From IMG/VR virus record IMGVR_UViG_3300006033_000021: 64,000 bases of DNA; one strand, given 5' to 3'. A model generated the notes under the pieces. The model did no database searches, was not told the origin of the DNA, and worked only from the letters and a program-made list of their open reading frames with translations. Positions within the stretch are counted from its first letter, which is position 1, and each line of letters begins with the position of its first letter. Both the position numbers and the translations under genes were made by a program. Source of the DNA: an uncultured virus (IMG/VR IMGVR_UViG_3300006033_000021) (lineage: Duplodnaviria; Heunggongvirae; Uroviricota; Caudoviricetes). Positions 19,287-28,118 of this stretch are shown in pieces.

Positions 19287-20089
19287 AGCCTTTTCTAAAA
19301 TGGGTTGGTGGTAAGGGGCGGATGCTATCAAAGTATGCGCCGTTGCTACCCGATATGACACAAGTTAGAAGGTATGTGGAGCCAATGGTGGGTGGGGCTG
19401 CGATGCTCTTTTCGCTACAACATCCTGAAAATATCATATGTGACTATAATGAAGAATTGATAGATACTTATAGGGTCGTAAAGCATCGAGTCGATGAATT
19501 GATCGATATCCTATCAGGGTACGTATATGATAGGGACTTCTTTCATGAGATCCGTTCGTGGAATGTCTTGGAACTTGATGATGTAACCAAGGCTGCGCGT
19601 ATGATCTATCTCAATAAAACATGCTATAATGGCCTGTATCGCGTCAATAAGAGTGGGCAGTTTAATGCTCCATTCGGCACATATAAGAACCCCAAGATTT
19701 ATTGTAAGGATAACCTTAGGAATGTCTCACAATTCTTAAAGACTACGGAAATTCTGAGTGGTGACTTCACAGTTCCTGCTGCATTGATAGGTGAGAATGA
19801 TTTTGTGTATATTGATCCGCCATATATTCCATTGAATGCAACTAGTAACTTTACATCATATACGGCAAAAGGCTTTTCTATCCAGGAGCAAATAAGGTTG
19901 GGGGCGTTTACGGCTCAACTCATTGCTCAAGGTGCCAAAGTAATGTTATCTAATAGCGACACAGTATTATCGCGTGAGATATTTGGACACATGCAAGCAC
20001 ACGAGGTATTGTCGGGTCGATCTATCAATAGTAATCCTAATCGTCGTGGTAATGTTCATGAGTTAGTATTTACTAGTTATGAGGTGTAA
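19268..20089 (+). CDS. dam: Dam-family DNA adenine methyltransferase
   Basis: KPFLKWVGGK, YVEPMVGGAA, YLNKTCYNGLYRVNKSGQFNAPFG, YIDPPY. Confidence 0.93.
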   Translation: MERVALKPFLKWVGGKGRMLSKYAPLLPDMTQVRRYVEPMVGGAAMLFSLQHPENIICDYNEELIDTYRVVKHRVDELIDILSGYVYDRDFFHEIRSWNVLELDDVTKAARMIYLNKTCYNGLYRVNKSGQFNAPFGTYKNPKIYCKDNLRNVSQFLKTTEILSGDFTVPAALIGENDFVYIDPPYIPLNATSNFTSYTAKGFSIQEQIRLGAFTAQLIAQGAKVMLSNSDTVLSREIFGHMQAHEVLSGRSINSNPNRRGNVHELVFTSYEV

Positions 20090-20351
20090 AGTGTTTAATC
20101 TTAGTGATAAGGAAAAGAAGATCGCCAAAAAGAGCGCCGTTGTGTCTGTTGTGGGTTTGATCATAACGCTAATTACCGTGTTGTGTAAGAACTATTTGCT
20201 TAAACAAGCATATAGTGGAATTCTATTTGTGTCTTTGAGCCTTGTGTTATTTGGTGTGATACACATAGTCGTTTATTGTATTGGTAATTCAGTAATTAAC
20301 AATGCATTTGAACGATTTTTTAATACTCAATCACAGGAAGAAGATTCGTAA
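20079..20351 (+). CDS. small membrane protein with two hydrophobic helices
   Basis: AVVSVVGLIITLITVL and ILFVSLSLVLFGVIHIVVYCI. Confidence 0.55.
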   Translation: MRCKVFNLSDKEKKIAKKSAVVSVVGLIITLITVLCKNYLLKQAYSGILFVSLSLVLFGVIHIVVYCIGNSVINNAFERFFNTQSQEEDS

Positions 20352-20384
20352 TCCTAGAAATCTCATACAAGGTAGGTAACCGCT

Positions 20385-20591
20385 ATGAATAAGTATGTAG
20401 AGCAGGCTATTCAGGCAGGTGTTTATGCAACGGTTGATGCTGTTTGGCAGACCGTCAAAGAAGCTAGGGACGAGCGTAAACGGCGTAAAGAAGAAGAAAA
20501 ACGCCGCAAAGATAATGAGAATCAAGATGCAGCATCTCCTAAGAAACAGGATGATGAGTATCGTCAACTTGAGTTCAATCCAAAGGATTAG
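20385..20591 (+). CDS. small charged hypothetical protein
   Basis: 68 aa, AGGT RBS. Confidence 0.55.
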   Translation: MNKYVEQAIQAGVYATVDAVWQTVKEARDERKRRKEEEKRRKDNENQDAASPKKQDDEYRQLEFNPKD

Positions 20592-20593
20592 CC

Positions 20594-20704
20594 ATGGCGG
20601 GATGTTGTAGAGATTTCTTTATAACTACTGGATGTGGTTGTATGTGTGTTGGTGTTATTGTATGTATGGGGCTTGGATTTATGATGGGCTTCATTTTACG
20701 ATAG
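20594..20704 (+). CDS. 36-aa Cys-rich hydrophobic peptide (not in ORF track)
   Basis: MAGCCRDFFITTGCGCMCVGVIVCMGLGFMMGFILR*, AAGGA RBS, starts 2 nt after upstream stop. Confidence 0.45.
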   Translation: MAGCCRDFFITTGCGCMCVGVIVCMGLGFMMGFILR

Positions 20705-20752
20705 CATATCTAAGATAATTCGATAGCCTCAGGGGTCGAATTATCCTGAGAC

Positions 20753-20782
20753 TTGACACGGGGCTGGGCGGCGTGCTACCAT
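20753..20782 (+). promoter_or_regulatory. sigma70-type promoter
   Basis: TTGACA-18-TACCAT with extended -10 TG. Confidence 0.7.
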
Positions 20783-20803
20783 AAGGGTAGAGGAGACCAA
20801 CCC

Positions 20804-22654
20804 ATGTCCGATACGATGACCGCTCCGAGCGGGCCGATTGCTGCGATTAGCGTTACGCCTGATATTTGCCGTACTTTTGGTGAGCGAATGTACAGTTCGC
20901 CTATGGAGACGATCTGGACTCGCGAAACCTTCCAGAATAGTCGTGATGCTCGCGCACGCAATATCCACTTTTCCAGTAAGACGGTTCGTGGTAGTGAGCT
21001 TAGGCGCGAATTGCCTAATGGAGATGCCACTACTCTTAAGGATTCTGAACACTATTATGTGATGGAATGCGCTGACGATGGTACTGGTATGAGTGCCAAG
21101 CAGTTCGTCGAGGCTTTTCTGAAGATTGGTGGTTCCGACAAGAGTGATAGCGGCGATGATCCGATTGGCGGCTTTGGTATTGCTATGCTGGTTATTCTTG
21201 CCGGGGATCATTGGCAGGTAATCAGCAAGCGCCAAGGACAAGAAGAGATTTATTGCGACAGTACGATGATGGGCCGGTCGATTAGTATCGGTGAAACCAA
21301 CTATCTGGCAGGTCAGAAGTCTGGTACCATTGTTCGCTTGTATCGCAGTAAGTATGTTAGTACCAGGAACATGAAGAAGGTTCTGGAGCTTTCTCGCTTG
21401 ACGGGATTGACCGTAACCTTGAATGGGGAAATGCCTCAGGCTGTACGTATTGGTCGGGTGATCTCGCAATTCAAGTTCGGTGATATTACTGCCAATAAGA
21501 GTGATGATCGCTATCCGGGTTTTCATGTTCGGGTTGGTGGTATCTTTCAGTTCTCGCATAGCCTGTACGGTGTGACGCAGGTTTGTTGCTTTGGTGACTT
21601 CGAGGTCGATAAGATCCCGTCTGTCAAAATGGATGAGTATCCTTTCGATTCGAGTCGTGAAAGTTTGAAGTGGAATTATCGTAGTGATGTTGAAGCGGAG
21701 ATTCACCGTCTCATTACGGATACCACCTCTGCTCTAAAGGAGCACGAACCTGATCTCTTCGTTGAAGTATTTAGTGATCGAGAAATGAATGAACTGGCTG
21801 CCTATTTTGGTGAAGCCACGGCTATTCAGGATGTTGATGATTATCAGCAAACCCAACCCATCGGTGGCTATAATCATGTGACCGGCAATCCTGTTATTGT
21901 TGGCGGCATTCCTATCTCTGTTACTGATCCTACTCTTGTCTCTAGTAGTAATAGTGTTAGTGCTGGTAATACTACAGGATTGCATAATCCATCTACTGAA
22001 GGTGCTTCGACTCCCTATGTTGCGCCTCCTGGTGTGGTCTTCGTTCAAAATTCATATGCAGATAATTGTGATGAAGTAACGTTTGCCCTTAAGAATCTCG
22101 GAGTGGAGTTCGCAACCGACAATGTTACCGATTCCTCTGAAATTGAATGTAAGCGACAAGAGGCAGGACAGAGCGTTAGTAAGCGCGTTAGTGTGAGGCG
22201 ACAGTTTAGTGTCGGTGGCGTTGCAGACCAGCAAGAGGCTTCCCCGCTAAACTTCCCCTTCGTGACCTTTAGGTCGAAGGAGTCACAGAAGGCTCAGCGA
22301 CCCGAAACAGTTCGTGCTAATCGTCGGGTTTTGCGCATGATGCGCATGATGTTGGACTTCCTCGGATACAAGGATGTTGGTGTAGGGTTCTTGTGTGCTG
22401 ATAAGAGTGTTGATGGTATGTATCACACTATCGGTAATGTTGGTATTATCGCATATCGACCCCGAGCCATCAATGTCTCTGACCGACGCGAATTCTTTAT
22501 TCGCGTCGTGACCCTGTTGGCACATGAACTGACTCATCACGAGGGATATATGGCGCATGATCAGTCTTTCCTGATGGCCTATGAAGGTCGGCTGGAAGAT
22601 ATGTTGATTGCGAAGTATGGTATGCTCTGGTCCATTTTCTGCAATATGGACTAA
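20804..22654 (+). CDS. GHKL (Hsp90/MORC-like) ATPase with C-terminal HExxH zincin domain
   Basis: RETFQNSRDA, ADDGTGMS, IGGFGIA, SGT; C-terminal LAHELTHH...H. Confidence 0.8.
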   Translation: MSDTMTAPSGPIAAISVTPDICRTFGERMYSSPMETIWTRETFQNSRDARARNIHFSSKTVRGSELRRELPNGDATTLKDSEHYYVMECADDGTGMSAKQFVEAFLKIGGSDKSDSGDDPIGGFGIAMLVILAGDHWQVISKRQGQEEIYCDSTMMGRSISIGETNYLAGQKSGTIVRLYRSKYVSTRNMKKVLELSRLTGLTVTLNGEMPQAVRIGRVISQFKFGDITANKSDDRYPGFHVRVGGIFQFSHSLYGVTQVCCFGDFEVDKIPSVKMDEYPFDSSRESLKWNYRSDVEAEIHRLITDTTSALKEHEPDLFVEVFSDREMNELAAYFGEATAIQDVDDYQQTQPIGGYNHVTGNPVIVGGIPISVTDPTLVSSSNSVSAGNTTGLHNPSTEGASTPYVAPPGVVFVQNSYADNCDEVTFALKNLGVEFATDNVTDSSEIECKRQEAGQSVSKRVSVRRQFSVGGVADQQEASPLNFPFVTFRSKESQKAQRPETVRANRRVLRMMRMMLDFLGYKDVGVGFLCADKSVDGMYHTIGNVGIIAYRPRAINVSDRREFFIRVVTLLAHELTHHEGYMAHDQSFLMAYEGRLEDMLIAKYGMLWSIFCNMD

Positions 22655-22660
22655 TACGGC

Positions 22661-22717
22661 TTGCTAAGCCTCTTGTGAACGGCTATACTATAAGTAGTCA
22701 TTCACAGGAGGCTTAGC
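22661..22717 (+). promoter_or_regulatory. RBS-sequestering hairpin containing an internal promoter
   Basis: 17-bp stem 22663-22679/22701-22717 (one G.U) covers AGGAGG; TTGCTA-17-TATACT at 22661-22689. Confidence 0.7.
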
Positions 22718-22719
22718 CT

Positions 22720-23715
22720 ATGCCAAGAATCAAAGCACATGCGACACAAGATAATGTGATGCTAGAGAGTGAGGTTGCCTCCCTTTTAGCCGAGGGAACA
22801 AGCTTCAATTACAAAGACAAATTATGGATTGTGAAGTTATCGGGTAAACCTGTTTCCGTGGGGGGATCTACTCAGCCCAAAACAGACGTTTACGTGCAGG
22901 CTCAGTCCGGTGACGATACTCAAGAGTTCAAGATCTCAATTAAAAAACGGGGCGCAACTTCAGGTAATGCCTCATTTATAGAAACTAAGATAAAACCAGA
23001 TATAGCTGCTGCTATCTTTGAAGCAGATGGCGTAAAGTGGCAACAAAACCTCATTAACTACCTCAGCGAACACGATGTATTGACTAACCTCAATAATCGT
23101 CCTCTATTAGATCTAGAAAACAACAAGGCAATCATCGGCTGGCGTCTAGATATCGTCATTAATGCTGATGGGTTGCTTTGCACAAAACCCCTTAAACTAT
23201 CCTCTGATATCCGTAAGGCATTGCTCTCAGGCGCATACCGTCCCGCTGATCAGCAAGACGGTATGGTTAATGGCGTTATTATTCCTAAGGCTGCCATAGC
23301 TAGTCATTTGTTATCAGGTAGGCCGGGTCTATTCTCGTCTGCTCAATCCATATTCGACGCAATTCATGAAATTGATGATGATATCTTTGACTTTCATGCC
23401 AAATTGTCGGGGCATAACTATATAGGTAAATACTCACAATTATCAAGGAAGATGAATGATCATCGTGCTTTAGTCGTGGCTGTGGATTATTCGGTGGAGC
23501 TTGAGAAGCTTCATCATCGGTTAGTCTATAATCGTGCCTTGTATATGTCTAGTGAAGAATTCGGTCATAAGTTCCACTCATGCCTTGGTCAGTTGGGGAT
23601 GGAATATGGGCGCAAAATAGAGAATGTTTCGGATATTACCCGAGAAATGGTCTTTGATAAGAGCATTATCCGCACATCTAACAACGCCTTGATGGATACG
23701 CCGGTGGTGCTATAA
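22720..23715 (+). CDS. putative PD-(D/E)XK restriction-like endonuclease
   Basis: QPKTDVYV...QEFKISIKK catalytic-type motif. Confidence 0.6.
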   Translation: MPRIKAHATQDNVMLESEVASLLAEGTSFNYKDKLWIVKLSGKPVSVGGSTQPKTDVYVQAQSGDDTQEFKISIKKRGATSGNASFIETKIKPDIAAAIFEADGVKWQQNLINYLSEHDVLTNLNNRPLLDLENNKAIIGWRLDIVINADGLLCTKPLKLSSDIRKALLSGAYRPADQQDGMVNGVIIPKAAIASHLLSGRPGLFSSAQSIFDAIHEIDDDIFDFHAKLSGHNYIGKYSQLSRKMNDHRALVVAVDYSVELEKLHHRLVYNRALYMSSEEFGHKFHSCLGQLGMEYGRKIENVSDITREMVFDKSIIRTSNNALMDTPVVL

Positions 23716-23735
23716 TAAGATCAGGAGCTACAGGT

Positions 23736-23948
23736 ATGGATAGGGTAGAGTGCTTGGGCTGGGCCGGGGGCATATTCGGTCACAAATACGTTAACGTATA
23801 TAATGAGCAGAGAGACGCACCGAATTTTCGTGGTGCGACTAGCATCTCGGGTTACATTAATCCTACTGAATTTTGTGAAACCAAGAAGACTTATGTTCAT
23901 ACTATCTGTCTTAGGTGTGGGCATACCATAAAGGAGTGCCAACAATGA
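23736..23948 (+). CDS. small hypothetical protein with CxxC
   Basis: AGGAG RBS; FGHKY...ICLRCG. Confidence 0.6.
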   Translation: MDRVECLGWAGGIFGHKYVNVYNEQRDAPNFRGATSISGYINPTEFCETKKTYVHTICLRCGHTIKECQQ

Positions 23949-24697
23949 TAAGAAATCCCAAGCAAGAGGGCACAAACCTTTTTGATTGCATTCCTCAATG
24001 CGGTCCATGTAGTATTGGCTGCAATCAATGCTTCTATAATCGCCCAGGGGCATACTATATTCCAATTGATGAGCCAAGCATCCCAACTGTAGAAGAAGTT
24101 GGTGATGGTATTGTTAGAATGAACTGTGGTAATGATAGCAATCTTGAGCGTGAGCTTGTAATTAAGACTGCATCGCAGTACAAGCACGCTTTTTTCAACA
24201 CTTCATTGCCTTTCTTTGACTTTCCGGGGCCTGTTGTTTTTACAGCTAATAGGAATGAGGAAGAGCCTGCCACTCTACCCGAAGATTTCGATCCTGACGC
24301 ACTCAAGAACTTGATGTTCGTTCGTCTCCGTGTTTCCGCCACCAATCTCCCCCATATTGATAAAGCCGTTACGGCTTGGACAAGCGCACATATTCCAGTA
24401 GTATTGACTTTTATGGCATATTACACAGAGAATCCATATAAAGATCCTTCAGCGCTAGGAACTTTGGTAGATGATGAATTGTGGGATGCCTTAGGCGAAA
24501 ATCCCTATGTGTGGAAAGTTAGGCATATCAATTCTTATTGGTGTCCAAAACCACAGTTCATCGAATACGTGATGGGATATTTTGCTGGTGAGCCATTGGT
24601 GTCTTTGTGTGGGGCTGTCAATAGCGGTTATTGCAAAGATTGTCTTAACTGTCAGACGCGATACTATCTTACCGCTAAGCATCTAAGAGGAGAATAG
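23945..24697 (+). CDS. radical-SAM-like Fe-S protein
   Basis: CSIGCNQCF (CxxxCxxC) plus C-terminal C..CKDCLNC; AAGGAG RBS. Confidence 0.6.
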   Translation: MIRNPKQEGTNLFDCIPQCGPCSIGCNQCFYNRPGAYYIPIDEPSIPTVEEVGDGIVRMNCGNDSNLERELVIKTASQYKHAFFNTSLPFFDFPGPVVFTANRNEEEPATLPEDFDPDALKNLMFVRLRVSATNLPHIDKAVTAWTSAHIPVVLTFMAYYTENPYKDPSALGTLVDDELWDALGENPYVWKVRHINSYWCPKPQFIEYVMGYFAGEPLVSLCGAVNSGYCKDCLNCQTRYYLTAKHLRGE

Positions 24698-24699
24698 AT

Positions 24700-24942
24700 A
24701 TGACTGATACTGCTACGACTACCTTTATCGACGATTTGGGTGTTCAGCCCGAAGAATTGAATCGATGGTTCAAATATGAACTAGAAAACAAACCTGTAGT
24801 TAATCTAGCAATGAGCTATGAAGCGCGTGGTTTGTCAGAAAATCAGTGTTTGAGGTTGGCTGTTGTTGGTCTATGCCAACAATTAGACATACACCTAAAG
24901 AAAGAAGAAAATCTGTTGCTTAGATCGGGTATGTTACTATAG
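24700..24942 (+). CDS. hypothetical protein
   Basis: GAGGAG RBS. Confidence 0.6.
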   Translation: MTDTATTTFIDDLGVQPEELNRWFKYELENKPVVNLAMSYEARGLSENQCLRLAVVGLCQQLDIHLKKEENLLLRSGMLL

Positions 24943-24966
24943 ACAAAAAGGGAGTAAAAGAATCGA

Positions 24967-25194
24967 ATGAATAAAACCAATAAACGAATGCTAGTGATAG
25001 CGGGGCCGCAATCGCGCAAAGATGGGTACGATCATCTTAGGTTAACTAAGGACGACATGTTTAGATTCCGCAATGAGTGGGAAGCAGCGTTGAAGTCTGA
25101 TAATCCTAAGCAGCCTATCTATCTATTCCAGACAAATGGTGATGAAGTAGCATATCAGGCGTCTGAAATTCATCAGATAGTTATCTTTGATTAG
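24967..25194 (+). CDS. hypothetical protein
   Basis: 75-aa ORF in co-oriented run. Confidence 0.55.
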   Translation: MNKTNKRMLVIAGPQSRKDGYDHLRLTKDDMFRFRNEWEAALKSDNPKQPIYLFQTNGDEVAYQASEIHQIVIFD

Positions 25195-25324
25195 AAGGAA
25201 GATGCAGTGGAAGGGTCGAAAAGTATATATGACCTAAGAGGTGTCTGCAATTGGTCACTCCTTGGATCAATACAATGATCCTTCCCCCCATTTTGAGATA
25301 TAGGCGTTTGCTGCTGCCTGCGCC

Positions 25325-25354
25325 TTGCGCTGCGCCCCCCTGGCGTGCTACCAT
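25325..25354 (+). promoter_or_regulatory. sigma70-type promoter with GC-rich structured leader
   Basis: TTGCGC-18-TACCAT with TG; leader CCCTGG...CCAGGG. Confidence 0.6.
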
Positions 25355-25423
25355 AGAGGTATGGCCCTGGCCCTCGCTGCCCCCGACGGCAACGCTTAGC
25401 CCAGGGGATTGGTAGTGATTAAG

Positions 25424-26032
25424 ATGAGCAAAGTGATAACTGTTGATGATTTTGTGCGGGCGGCGACTATAGTTAATGGTAATGTACAAATGGCCCTAAC
25501 ACAAGCGCAAGAGCGTGATTCCAATCAAACAAATGGAATGCTAGGTGTTAGAAACGCAATTGAACAACGCAATTACGATGGCATTCTGAGTGACTATGAT
25601 CGTGCTTTTCAAACGATTATGCGAGCCCTTGATCTACTGACTCTGATGGCGGATATCGAAGCTACATTGCCAGGATCTGAAGCTTTGGTTAAACAGGCAT
25701 CCAAGCAGATAGTAGACGCTTTTGCGGGCTTCATTGAATTTGATCAAGCAGGCAGGGAAGTCCTTATTGATCTGGTGCGAATGTTTAGTGACGATCCAAT
25801 AAAGCGTCAACAGCAGATTACAGATGTTAAGTATGTGCTTGCTGCTAAGAAGCCTATTGGTGATATCATTGCATTGCTGCAAGTTCTTCGCAATAATGGC
25901 GTAGACAATGCTGTGCAGTTGGCGAACATGCTGAAGACTGCTAATGATGCAATGGCGAAGTCTTTGACTAAGCCAACAGCCAAGAGCGATGCCCGCCGTG
26001 GGTTGTCTCTCTTTAAGTGGGGACGAAAATAA
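25424..26032 (+). CDS. helical hypothetical protein
   Basis: about 200 aa; C-terminal RRGLSLFKWGRK. Confidence 0.65.
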   Translation: MSKVITVDDFVRAATIVNGNVQMALTQAQERDSNQTNGMLGVRNAIEQRNYDGILSDYDRAFQTIMRALDLLTLMADIEATLPGSEALVKQASKQIVDAFAGFIEFDQAGREVLIDLVRMFSDDPIKRQQQITDVKYVLAAKKPIGDIIALLQVLRNNGVDNAVQLANMLKTANDAMAKSLTKPTAKSDARRGLSLFKWGRK

Positions 26033-26301
26033 TGAACTATCCATTACATCAAGAAATTCCTGGGCGCTTAAAGAATGCAGATGGTATAGTCGATTGTGTA
26101 TTACGTGTCACATTCAATTGTCACACCGATCCACCCGATGCTCCTGAAGATCATACAGTTGGCTTCTACCTGAATTTGTCAAAAGTTTACGACTTGCCTG
26201 ATGGACACTATAAATTTAAGAGCGATGATGGTCGTTATGACTTTAGCTTTGGTTTAGTTGATTCTGATGTTATTATGTTCCTCGGAAAAAGTGGTCTTTA
26301 A
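26032..26301 (+). CDS. hypothetical protein
   Basis: TAATG coupling with upstream gene. Confidence 0.6.
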   Translation: MNYPLHQEIPGRLKNADGIVDCVLRVTFNCHTDPPDAPEDHTVGFYLNLSKVYDLPDGHYKFKSDDGRYDFSFGLVDSDVIMFLGKSGL

Positions 26302-26322
26302 TGATTCAGATGGAGGTGGCGT

Positions 26323-26955
26323 ATGGCGCTAATAGGGCTTTCGGGTGTCAAGCGTTCAGGAAAGAATGCTTTTGCAGACGCTTTAACGGAGCTTGGGTAT
26401 GATAGTATAGCCTATGCGGATAAGCTTCGAGAAGTTACGGCTGCTGCTTTTGGTTTTACCAGCGAGCAATTACATGATCTTAAAGAAGTCCCCCTTTCCG
26501 ATCCGCTTAAAATGACCCATGGTGTGGTAGATAAAGCGATCCAGGCCGCGAATATCAAGGTTACTTCGGCGCAGCTTAAAAATATGTATGCCGCCGCCGA
26601 TAAGCTTGGTCCCATTCTTTGCCCAAGACATGCTCTGCAATACATCGCGACTGAAATCTTCAGACAATGCATTGAGCAAGAATTCTGGGTGAATCGACTA
26701 GATGTAAAATCTACAGATACAGTGGTTACTGATTGTAGATTCTTAAATGAACGCCAACACATCAAAGATCTGGGTGGTGTGACCGTTTTGATCAAGCGTA
26801 ATGCAGTGGCGCATAGTGGTGATACTCACATCAGCGAAACCTCCTTGGGCACTGATGAGGAGTATGATTACATTGTGACCAATAACTCTACCTTAGAGGA
26901 ACTGCACCTTAAAGCCAGAAAACTGGCTAACATTCTAAAGCGAATGAAAGGATAG
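26323..26955 (+). CDS. deoxynucleoside monophosphate kinase
   Basis: IGLSGVKRSGK, AYADKLRE, PRHALQYIATEIFR, VVTDCRFLNE, HISE. Confidence 0.9.
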   Translation: MALIGLSGVKRSGKNAFADALTELGYDSIAYADKLREVTAAAFGFTSEQLHDLKEVPLSDPLKMTHGVVDKAIQAANIKVTSAQLKNMYAAADKLGPILCPRHALQYIATEIFRQCIEQEFWVNRLDVKSTDTVVTDCRFLNERQHIKDLGGVTVLIKRNAVAHSGDTHISETSLGTDEEYDYIVTNNSTLEELHLKARKLANILKRMKG

Positions 26956-26957
26956 AG

Positions 26958-27614
26958 ATGGGCACCAAAAACAAGTCTGCGGAGGCCCATAAGATGGATA
27001 TCAAAACAATTCAGAATTTCTTCGAAAGAGATAAGTGGACTGATATAGTTGTTAATGAAGAGATCAATACTGCATATTCTCATTTTGTTACGCCATATGG
27101 TCAATATCACTTGATCGCCCAGTTGAATATGGATGATGATGCCAATAGCATTGATGATGTGATTCTGGTTATCCCTAACTTTTTGAGAACGCCCGTTGGT
27201 GTCTTCTCAAAGAAGGTGATGTATGAACTCTTCCAATTAATGCTATGCATTAACTACCAAGTTGGTGTTGGTGCTTTTGAGCGCACATTGGATGATGGGG
27301 AGGTGCGATATAGCGTTTGTTATGCTTTGGCTGATAATGATGAGGAAAACTTCCGAAGATGGAAGATTAACGTCAAGGCAATCTTGCAGATCTTGAATCA
27401 CTTCTATCCTGCTTTCCAGTATGTTCTTTACGGCAAACATACGGCACAAGAAGCCTTGGATCTATTGGAAAATGGAGAAAGTGACGATGATCATGAGTTC
27501 TGGTTCGATTCTACCTCTGAATTGCCAACCGAGGTTGCGGCTGACGAAGACGGCTGCGAAGTGATCTCTTTGATGCCTGCAATTGAAAAACGGGATGGGA
27601 ATATTCCTGCTTGA
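26958..27614 (+). CDS. YbjN/type III chaperone-like fold protein
   Basis: LMLCINYQVGVGAFERTLDDGEVRY pattern. Confidence 0.55.
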   Translation: MGTKNKSAEAHKMDIKTIQNFFERDKWTDIVVNEEINTAYSHFVTPYGQYHLIAQLNMDDDANSIDDVILVIPNFLRTPVGVFSKKVMYELFQLMLCINYQVGVGAFERTLDDGEVRYSVCYALADNDEENFRRWKINVKAILQILNHFYPAFQYVLYGKHTAQEALDLLENGESDDDHEFWFDSTSELPTEVAADEDGCEVISLMPAIEKRDGNIPA

Positions 27615-27639
27615 CATCCCGACTAGTACGTGCTATAGT
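27611..27639 (+). promoter_or_regulatory. sigma70-type promoter
   Basis: TTGACA-17-TATAGT with TG. Confidence 0.75.
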
Positions 27640-27682
27640 AGAAGAACCCCCTGGTGGGGAAACTTGTCGCTCGGAGAATGAT

Positions 27683-28078
27683 ATGGAACTGAAGAAACTG
27701 ACGAAAATGTTCACCAAGAGTGCTACTACTCCTCCTGCGGAGGTTCGTCGTAATACATCAATCGGTGCTGCAATGATTGACCTGATTGATTTGTATTGCC
27801 GCAAGGAAAAAGTGGACTTTAATGCTGCCCTGAATGCGCTTTTGCGTGTTGGTCTTGATGACTGGGCGGCGAAGCATGGTGGTACAGAGTTCGTCAATCA
27901 GATGCTCAGTGACGTTGAGACCGCCGCCACGGCAGAACCTACCCCCAAGGCCGACGCTCCTCGCGTAGAGGAATTAGAAAGCCCACAGCCGCCTGCTAAG
28001 GCCGACAAGCCCAAGGCTACTAAAACGACTCCTCTGCCCGAGGATGCGCAGCGCGCCATCGAGACAAATACTCCGTAA
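27683..28078 (+). CDS. putative ribbon-helix-helix DNA-binding protein with Pro/Ala/Lys-rich tail
   Basis: RRNTSIGAAMIDLIDLYCRKEKVDFNAALNALLRVGL; GGAG RBS. Confidence 0.55.
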   Translation: MELKKLTKMFTKSATTPPAEVRRNTSIGAAMIDLIDLYCRKEKVDFNAALNALLRVGLDDWAAKHGGTEFVNQMLSDVETAATAEPTPKADAPRVEELESPQPPAKADKPKATKTTPLPEDAQRAIETNTP

Positions 28079-28118
28079 CTGTTTATCTAAACCGTGCAAC
28101 AGATAAACAGATGGGAGT

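Noticed and set aside
20741..21706. 321-aa minus-strand ORF
   Set aside because: Antisense shadow of the GHKL ATPase gene.
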